Virus record (IMG/VR): IMGVR_UViG_3300042887_005053
Coordinates: 1 to 64,000 of that record
Strand: one strand, 5' to 3'
Length of the DNA: 64,000 nucleotides
Positions 57,616-64,000 of the stretch are shown here, piece after piece. The notes under the pieces were generated by a model. It was given only the letters and a program-made list of their open reading frames with translations. It searched no databases and had not been told where the DNA came from. Both the position numbers and the translations under genes were made by a program. Within the stretch, counting starts at the first letter, position 1; the number at the start of each line of letters is the position of its first letter.

Positions 57616-58173
57616 ATGAAATCAAAACTAATAACTATTATAGGTTCTCCAGCTAGTGGAAAATCCACTCTTGCGTCTGATGTTCATACAGAACTCAAGA
57701 AGTTAGGAAAGAACTCTATTTTCATAACAGAAGCCGCTACAGACTATATTGCTGAGTTTGGTATACCAAACACTCCTGTAGATCAACTTGTAATTTTCTA
57801 TAAACAACTTAATAGAGAAAGAATGTATATAGATTCAAAAGATTACATTGTTTGTGATTCTTCTGGTATACTTAACTACTTCTACTTTAGAACATTATTT
57901 GAGAACAAATTATCTAATAAAGACATAGCAGTAATCAATCACCTACAAAAAGAAATTCTTAAAACGATAAATCAGTGGTCTCATATTTTCTATGTACCAG
58001 CAATGATTGAAAACACTGAAGATAATATCAGATATCATGACAAAGAAGATATTATTAAAATAGACAGGTGGATTAAGTCTTATTTAGAGTTAGAAAATAT
58101 TAATCATACAGATTTATCTAAAATAGATTTGCAAAAGAGGAAAGACTTTATAATTAAAGAGATATTAAAATAA
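57616..58173 (+). CDS. P-loop kinase (NadR/AAA_28-like)
   Basis: GSPASGKST, ITEAA, IVCDS. Confidence 0.75.
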   Translation: MKSKLITIIGSPASGKSTLASDVHTELKKLGKNSIFITEAATDYIAEFGIPNTPVDQLVIFYKQLNRERMYIDSKDYIVCDSSGILNYFYFRTLFENKLSNKDIAVINHLQKEILKTINQWSHIFYVPAMIENTEDNIRYHDKEDIIKIDRWIKSYLELENINHTDLSKIDLQKRKDFIIKEILK

Positions 58174-58201
58174 AAAAGAGACTTTTAAGTCTCTTTTTTT
58201 T
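58172..58201. terminator. Bidirectional intrinsic terminator
   Basis: AAAAAAGAGACTT-TT-AAGTCTCTTTTTT. Confidence 0.85.
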
Positions 58202-58850
58202 ATTTACTTAATAATTTTATCAAGTCTTCAGTAATGATGGAAATCATTTTTCTTCCATCTACTTCAACTAAAGGTATATCTTTCACCCAAGAATACTTAT
58301 CATTACCATCGATTGAAATTCCTTCAATCATTTTTACGATTTTTTCATTGTCTGAGTATTTTGAACAGTAATATTCTTTTAAATCTGTAACAAATTTAAC
58401 TAAGTCAACGCCCTTTTTATAGTTATACTTAACCATTTGAAGTTCGTTGTCTTGTCTTTCAACCATGATGTACCAAATTGATGACTTAGAAACTTTTACA
58501 TTTTCTAAGAAGTTAAACCCTTTAGATGCTTTGACTCCTTTTGGTAGTTTTGCAACTTTACCATAGAATTTAACATCTTCATTTTTAGCTTTATCTGATG
58601 ATTCGTCTTCTTCAGAATCAACTGTTTGGCCACTTGGCATCATGTAATTAGTTGACATAAACTGTTCACCTTTTGACTTCTTATAAGGAAGATTTGGAAC
58701 AGCAGGTCTATCACCTTCAGTTTCAGGTAATGCCGAAGAGTGTGGATCTTCTTGAACTTCTTGTTTTTTAGATCCAGATAATTCAGAGAATTTTTTAAAA
58801 GATGAAATCTTAGTTGATTCTTTTCCTGTTTCTTCGTTCTTTTTAATCAT
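58200..58850 (-). CDS. Late hypothetical protein
   Basis: KISSFKKFSE near the N-terminus; TTAATATATA at 58878-58887. Confidence 0.7.
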   Translation of the reverse strand: MIKKNEETGKESTKISSFKKFSELSGSKKQEVQEDPHSSALPETEGDRPAVPNLPYKKSKGEQFMSTNYMMPSGQTVDSEEDESSDKAKNEDVKFYGKVAKLPKGVKASKGFNFLENVKVSKSSIWYIMVERQDNELQMVKYNYKKGVDLVKFVTDLKEYYCSKYSDNEKIVKMIEGISIDGNDKYSWVKDIPLVEVDGRKMISIITEDLIKLLSK

Positions 58851-58904
58851 TTACCTTTAATAGTTTTTGTTATTACTTATATATTAATAAAATTTAATGG
58901 TTTT

Positions 58905-59159
58905 TTAATTTTTATGTTTATAATAATATTTATCGACCGTGTAATTTTTGAAATTTTTGATAATATTTACATTATCGAATAAAATTGACACCGGTCTCTG
59001 TAATAGCTTGAGAAATGTATTCATTATATCATTATTATATAGGTAAGGAGTTGTAGTAGAATCTAATATTCTTTTTTCATAATCTATGAAATTCGTATCG
59101 TCATCATATCGATGTTTCATATAATGTAACTCTGGTAGGTCTTTTTCTTCGTAATACAT
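58905..59159 (-). CDS. Small protein downstream of the baseplate wedge gene
   Basis: 84 aa, co-oriented. Confidence 0.6.
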   Translation of the reverse strand: MYYEEKDLPELHYMKHRYDDDTNFIDYEKRILDSTTTPYLYNNDIMNTFLKLLQRPVSILFDNVNIIKNFKNYTVDKYYYKHKN

Positions 59160-59166
59160 ATTTCAA

Positions 59167-60885
59167 TTAGATTTGTTGTCTGTTACTTGGATCTATACTA
59201 CTCTTCTTAATTATATTAATTGATCTTAATCCTTTATCTTCGATGTTATCTGAATAATAAACAGTATTTCTATCATACCAACCACCTCTTACAATTGGGA
59301 TTTCACTTGGTTCAAATATAATATCACCTAAAACTGGATCTAAACCTAATTGAGCATTTGGATCATATGTTGAACTTGGTTTGTTGGTTTTTAAGGCTGC
59401 TTTAGAAGCAAACCTATTTCTTTTATTTTGTTCGTTGATCAATTGTTGTCTATGATAATCCTCATTCTTTTTTGATACAAAATTAATATCAACTGAGTGA
59501 ATCTCATAAATAGAAGCTATTTGTGCCACTAAATCACTTTTAGGTACTCTATCTAATCTAGTGAAATTTAGAAAATATTCAGAAACCTTATCGTAGATCT
59601 GAGCATTGACACTATCATCTTGTGCATCAGAATAGGTTATGATAAATACATTCATCACATAATATGATAATGTTGGTGAAGTGATCTGATATCTTTTAGT
59701 CAGTTGTATGTTTCCACCGGTTCTTAAATAAATATCTATCTTACTTTTTTCATAACTATCTAATTCGAAAGCTCTAATATCAATATCAAAATAATTAGCA
59801 TTTTGATTCTTGAAAAGTTTAATGTTCGGAGTTGCAACTATGTAAATAGTACCAAATCTTTCATAAGCATTAACATGAGAAAATACCCCTAATTTCTTAA
59901 TCTGATATGCATATTGTTGAGGTAAACCTAATACGAAATTATTACTTACAATTGGTAAAATATTCTTTGTAAAAGTAGTTGATTCTTTATCTGCACCAAA
60001 GTTTATATCTGTGTAAATTGAAACATCAAATAAATCTGCTATGTCAATCGTATTACCGAATCCATCAAGTGCAGGTTCAATAAATGTCCAATCATTTTGT
60101 GTTCTTCTGAATATAGAACCAGTTGATCCATCACTTACTAAGTAGTTCACTTCGATAACTGAACCAATTCTTGGTATCATACCAAAACCACCATTACCAA
60201 ATATTATATCTATACCACTATTGAAACCAGTTCTAACAACACAAGCTTTCTCATCTGGTAGAAGATCGTATATATGTCTTTTAGTTGACCAGTATTCCCC
60301 ATTTACTAATATTTCATAGTTAAAGTTTTCTACATCTTTGGTGTTTCCTCTGATTGTAACTTGATATGTTTGGTTTTCTTCTCCAGTGCCAGTAAAAAAT
60401 CTTTTTTCCCACTTACCCTGTATTATTGGTAAAAAGAATTGTGAGTTAGGCGTAATTTTGAATGTTGATTTCTCAGCTCCTAAATTTATTGAATACTCTA
60501 AACCATTTGTTTTATTTTTAATCGCTTGTCTATTTGTAAAACTCACTCTACTTCCTGGTACATCCTTAGCTATATCAGCTGATGTTTTGATACTTACCTT
60601 TAATGTTCCAGTAGCGCTAATATTTCGACCAGGTAAATGTCCTGCAAAAATTGCAGCATTTCTAATAATTCTAGAGTTGTTGGCATTTACATCAGATAAG
60701 TCAAATTGTCTAATACTATTCTTCATGTAGAGCATAGACAATTGATACAAATTCTCAAGAACTGACAAGATTTGACCATAAGGTGATGCATTAGAAAAAA
60801 GAATGTTCGCTTTGGAATATTCCTTTTTTAGAAAGTCATCGATTTCAGCTTTTACTTTATCAAAAGTAATCTCAGTTAAATTCAT
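59167..60885 (-). CDS. Baseplate wedge subunit (T4 gp6-like; start revised)
   Basis: ITFDKVKAEIDDFL, SATG, IIQG, IIFGNGGFGMIP, YLVSDG, GADKES. Confidence 0.8.
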   Translation of the reverse strand: MNLTEITFDKVKAEIDDFLKKEYSKANILFSNASPYGQILSVLENLYQLSMLYMKNSIRQFDLSDVNANNSRIIRNAAIFAGHLPGRNISATGTLKVSIKTSADIAKDVPGSRVSFTNRQAIKNKTNGLEYSINLGAEKSTFKITPNSQFFLPIIQGKWEKRFFTGTGEENQTYQVTIRGNTKDVENFNYEILVNGEYWSTKRHIYDLLPDEKACVVRTGFNSGIDIIFGNGGFGMIPRIGSVIEVNYLVSDGSTGSIFRRTQNDWTFIEPALDGFGNTIDIADLFDVSIYTDINFGADKESTTFTKNILPIVSNNFVLGLPQQYAYQIKKLGVFSHVNAYERFGTIYIVATPNIKLFKNQNANYFDIDIRAFELDSYEKSKIDIYLRTGGNIQLTKRYQITSPTLSYYVMNVFIITYSDAQDDSVNAQIYDKVSEYFLNFTRLDRVPKSDLVAQIASIYEIHSVDINFVSKKNEDYHRQQLINEQNKRNRFASKAALKTNKPSSTYDPNAQLGLDPVLGDIIFEPSEIPIVRGGWYDRNTVYYSDNIEDKGLRSINIIKKSSIDPSNRQQI

Positions 60886-60989
60886 GTAATTTGTTATCTT
60901 TGTTTGTTTATATATTAAATATTTAATTTCTTCAATTAAATAACATCTTGTTTTAATATATAAAGAACAATAAAATTTTATAATCAAAA

Positions 60990-61718
60990 ATGGATTTTTC
61001 AGAATTAATAAGTTTATTAAACCAATATGGATTCGGAGGAACAGTAGTTGGAGTAATTCTGATAGTTCTTTGGCTAATAGTTAAATCTAGTTGGTTTTCA
61101 AGTATAATAAGTAAAATCACTGAATATTTATTAGATGTTATTATTAAAAATAAATCTAATAGTCAATCTAAAGTTAAGTCAATAACTGAAGGTGATATTT
61201 TAAATCATGATATCTTTAATTATATTGACTTTTGGATGTACTCAAAGGTTCCAACTTTTCAATTTTCTACCGAATATCGAACTGTAATATTCAGAAGATA
61301 TCTGCAGATATTCTTGAAGAAACACAAAGAAAATCTAAAAATTTATGTTGATAAAAAAGATTTTGAAAAGATGGAAGATTCTGAACTTTGGACTAGTCTT
61401 TTATCACTTATCAATAATATTATTTATGATTATGAAAGAGAGATGGAACAATCTGGTATTCCAAAAGTAGTTATTGAAAAGATGAAAGTTAAAAACAATG
61501 ATACAATTTCACTTACAATAGATCTAATCGAAGGAGTTTGTAATTCACAATTCTATGAAAGTGAAGGAAATCTTTTGAAGATATATTCGATTTTAAATAT
61601 AATGCTTTCTATACTTGAAAATACTATTTCTAACTCTGATACAATTTGTAATTCAATAAATGGTCAACTAAAAGGTATGAAGTTCTATGATGGTGGTCAA
61701 GAATTTACAGAGCCTTAA
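60990..61718 (+). CDS. Single-TM late protein (possibly holin-like)
   Basis: N-terminal TM plus soluble domain; TTAATATATA at 60953-60962. Confidence 0.55.
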   Translation: MDFSELISLLNQYGFGGTVVGVILIVLWLIVKSSWFSSIISKITEYLLDVIIKNKSNSQSKVKSITEGDILNHDIFNYIDFWMYSKVPTFQFSTEYRTVIFRRYLQIFLKKHKENLKIYVDKKDFEKMEDSELWTSLLSLINNIIYDYEREMEQSGIPKVVIEKMKVKNNDTISLTIDLIEGVCNSQFYESEGNLLKIYSILNIMLSILENTISNSDTICNSINGQLKGMKFYDGGQEFTEP

Positions 61719-62254
61719 TTTATCAAATCATAGACCCAATCAGCTTCGAATTCTGGATCTGTTATTTTCAAATCGTACTTATTGAAATTATGAAAGTCTA
61801 ACAAATCAGCTTGTAGTCTTCTATCTATTGAGTCGTTATTATCATTTCTTCTGTTTAGTCTACTTCTTCTTATTTCAATATCTATATCTAAATAGACAAC
61901 AAAACACTTCTTCAAATCATCTTCTGTTAGTTGATTTATTTCAAAAGGAGTCATAATAAATAGTTGATTATTGTCGAAATTCTCTTTTGTTATACCATAG
62001 TGCCAAATTTGATCTTTGATATTGAATGTTTGAAAAACTTTTATTAATCCTTCATTGTTTAATTGATCAAAATTTTGATTATCTATGAAGTTGTAGTCTA
62101 TCCCGTCATTTTCAAGTTGTCGTTTTGGACGAGTTGTAAATTTAGGAGAATATCTTAACTCTTTTTTAATTAAACCTCTTAGCAAAAAGTCTTTGCCTGA
62201 TCCAGACGGACCAACTAAAATTGTTTTTTCTTGTTTAGTATTAGGTGCTTTCAA
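61715..62254 (-). CDS. gmk: Guanylate kinase
   Basis: GPSGSGK, TTRPKR.E.DG.DY.F, YG. Confidence 0.88.
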   Translation of the reverse strand: MKAPNTKQEKTILVGPSGSGKDFLLRGLIKKELRYSPKFTTRPKRQLENDGIDYNFIDNQNFDQLNNEGLIKVFQTFNIKDQIWHYGITKENFDNNQLFIMTPFEINQLTEDDLKKCFVVYLDIDIEIRRSRLNRRNDNNDSIDRRLQADLLDFHNFNKYDLKITDPEFEADWVYDLIN

Positions 62255-62285
62255 CTTTTATTATAAATATAATTTTTATTAAAGT

Positions 62286-64000
62286 TTAATATTCGTTCTC
62301 AAAGATAATTCTTTCACCAGTTGATTTCATCTCTGGTCCTAATTCGATTTCAACTCCGAACTTATGTGTTGAGAATACTGGTTCTTTAAGTGCCCATCCT
62401 TTTAGTTTAGATTCTGGAAATATAAAATCCTTTAATTTCAAGTCTCCAAGAATTACCTGAGTCGCTATTTTAATATAAGGTATTTCATTTGCCTTCGAAA
62501 TAAATGGAACTGTTCGAGAAGAACGAGGGTTCGCCTCTATTACCCATAGATTATTTTCCTTTACAACAAATTGTATATTAATAAGACCTTTAATTCCTAA
62601 ACTAATACTAATCAGTTTAGACCATTCTTTAATTCTATTTAGTATTGTATTATCTAAGTTTTTGGTCGGAAGATAAGAGTATGAATCACCAGAATGAACT
62701 CCTGCTCTGTCAACATGTTCCATTATTCCAATAATATGTATATCATCTCCATCACAAATTAAATCAACTTCAGCTTCGATAGCATTTTCTATAAACTGAT
62801 CAATAATAATCGTATTATTAGGAAAAAATTCAATCAACTCTTCACATTGTGTGAGTAATTCTTCTTGTGTATTTATGATTTTCATTCTTTGTCCACCAAT
62901 TACATAAGACGGTCTTATCAAGACCGGAAATTCAAAGTTAATATTATTGATTTCCTCAATTTTATTTATGACATGATACTTAGGATAAAGTATGTTGTGT
63001 TTATCTAATATCGAATAGAACCTATCTCTATCTTCTGCCATATCAATACCTTCAAAAGAAGTTCCAAGTATATTAACACCTAACTTATCTAATTCACCTG
63101 CTAGTTTCAGTGCAGTCTGTCCACCTAATTGAACTACAACACCGTATGGTTTTTCAAGTCTAACTATGTCTAAAACATGTTCAAGCGTAACTGGCTCAAA
63201 GTATAACTTGTCTGGTAGATTAAAGTCAGTAGATACTGTTTCTGGATTATTGTTAATCATAATTGTTTCCCAACCTGATTCTTTAGCTGAAAGAACTCCA
63301 TGTACACATGCATAATCAAATTCAATACCTTGACCAATTCTGTTTGGTCCAGATCCTAAGAATATTACTTTCTTTTTATTGTTTGTAGAGTGACTTTCAT
63401 TTTGTGAAGTTAATGAAGAAATAGGTCTCTCAAAGGTTGAATAGTAGTAAGGCGTTTGTGCTTTGAATTCAGCTGAACAAGTGTCAATACTTTTATAAAT
63501 TCTGTTGATTTTCCAACTTTGTCTCATAGAATAAATATCCACTTCTGATACACCAGTTATTTTAGAAATTTGTTCATCACTAAATCCGTTTTGTTTAGCA
63601 ACAAGTAGTGACTCTTTATTAATTTTTCTTTTTAATTCAATTTCAATTTTACAAATAAGCTCAATTTGTTCTAACAACCACATATCTATACCAGTAACCT
63701 TTTGTATTGATTCAAGTGAAATACCTTTTTCAATTGCTGATTTTACTTGATAAATTCTCTTTGGTGTTGGGTTAGATAATTCTTCTAAGTTTTTAAAGTC
63801 TATCGAAATTAGTCCACATTTTGATTCTTCAAGACCTTGGATGGCTTTTTGAAGAGCTTCGGTGAGTGATCTACCAATAGCCATTGACTCACCAACACTT
63901 CTCATTTGAAGACCTAATGTTGAATTGGATTTAGGAAATTTCTCAAAATTCCACTTTGGTACTTTTACAACTACATAGTCTAAACTTGGTTCAAACATTG
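62286..64000 (-). CDS. carB: Carbamoyl-phosphate synthase large subunit, C-terminal part (5' end outside the window), lacking the MGS domain
   Basis: FEPSLDYVVVK, DTCSAEF, GSGPNRIGQGIEFDY, GVHSGDS, EANPRSSRT, LGPEMKSTGE then stop. Confidence 0.95.
   Translation of the reverse strand, partial: MFEPSLDYVVVKVPKWNFEKFPKSNSTLGLQMRSVGESMAIGRSLTEALQKAIQGLEESKCGLISIDFKNLEELSNPTPKRIYQVKSAIEKGISLESIQKVTGIDMWLLEQIELICKIEIELKRKINKESLLVAKQNGFSDEQISKITGVSEVDIYSMRQSWKINRIYKSIDTCSAEFKAQTPYYYSTFERPISSLTSQNESHSTNNKKKVIFLGSGPNRIGQGIEFDYACVHGVLSAKESGWETIMINNNPETVSTDFNLPDKLYFEPVTLEHVLDIVRLEKPYGVVVQLGGQTALKLAGELDKLGVNILGTSFEGIDMAEDRDRFYSILDKHNILYPKYHVINKIEEINNINFEFPVLIRPSYVIGGQRMKIINTQEELLTQCEELIEFFPNNTIIIDQFIENAIEAEVDLICDGDDIHIIGIMEHVDRAGVHSGDSYSYLPTKNLDNTILNRIKEWSKLISISLGIKGLINIQFVVKENNLWVIEANPRSSRTVPFISKANEIPYIKIATQVILGDLKLKDFIFPESKLKGWALKEPVFSTHKFGVEIELGPEMKSTGERIIFENEY

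Noticed and set aside
55417-58173. NAD-reconstitution (NARP-type) anti-defence pathway
   Set aside because: Prs looks canonical and no nicotinamide phosphoribosyltransferase-like partner is adjacent.
57616-58173. C-terminal tag in the P-loop kinase (KDFIIKEIL) and in 8756-9007 (QIKKIEFLV)
   Set aside because: Hydrophobic spacing fits but the invariant Arg is missing; not counted.
1-64000. Alternative genetic code (stop-codon reassignment)
   Set aside because: Long conserved genes are intact in code 11, and TAA, TGA and TAG all end genes at sensible positions; only one isolated in-frame TAA was seen.
1-64000. Bacterial chromosome or eukaryotic giant virus origin
   Set aside because: Baseplate, tail fibre and T4-like enzymes, bacterial promoters and terminators, and scattered single host genes indicate a large bacteriophage.

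Overview
Very AT-rich, gene-dense segment of a large (probably jumbo) tailed phage with T4-like genes: baseplate wedge, tail fibre, Rnl1-type RNA ligase, RNase H/flap nuclease and two topoisomerase II subunits. The host is inferred to be Bacteroidota from TTTG-N19-20-TAnnTTTG promoters and a signal peptide ending before Gln. Standard code 11; I found no tRNA or CRISPR array. Host-like genes include dnaK, nusG, carB, prs, gmk, iscA, uvsE, a CCA-adding enzyme, a rhomboid protease, an acyl-CoA thioesterase and a SiaB-like kinase. Main observations: (1) about 21 unrelated, mostly small early/middle proteins end in the same motif R-x-x-x-[IL]-x-x-[IL]-[IL], an apparent portable C-terminal tag. (2) About 11 late proteins begin with a motif resembling the T4 capsid-targeting sequence. 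They include the RNA ligase, the CCA-adding enzyme, an ART-fold protein and a nuclease, which suggests a virion-delivered tRNA-repair/anti-defence kit alongside an alarmone hydrolase and a 2H phosphoesterase. (3) Three promoter classes are visible, many placed 4 nt from the start codon (leaderless mRNA). (4) A structured ncRNA candidate lies at about 43.8-44.0 kb. All calls come from reading motifs by eye; no database searches were run.
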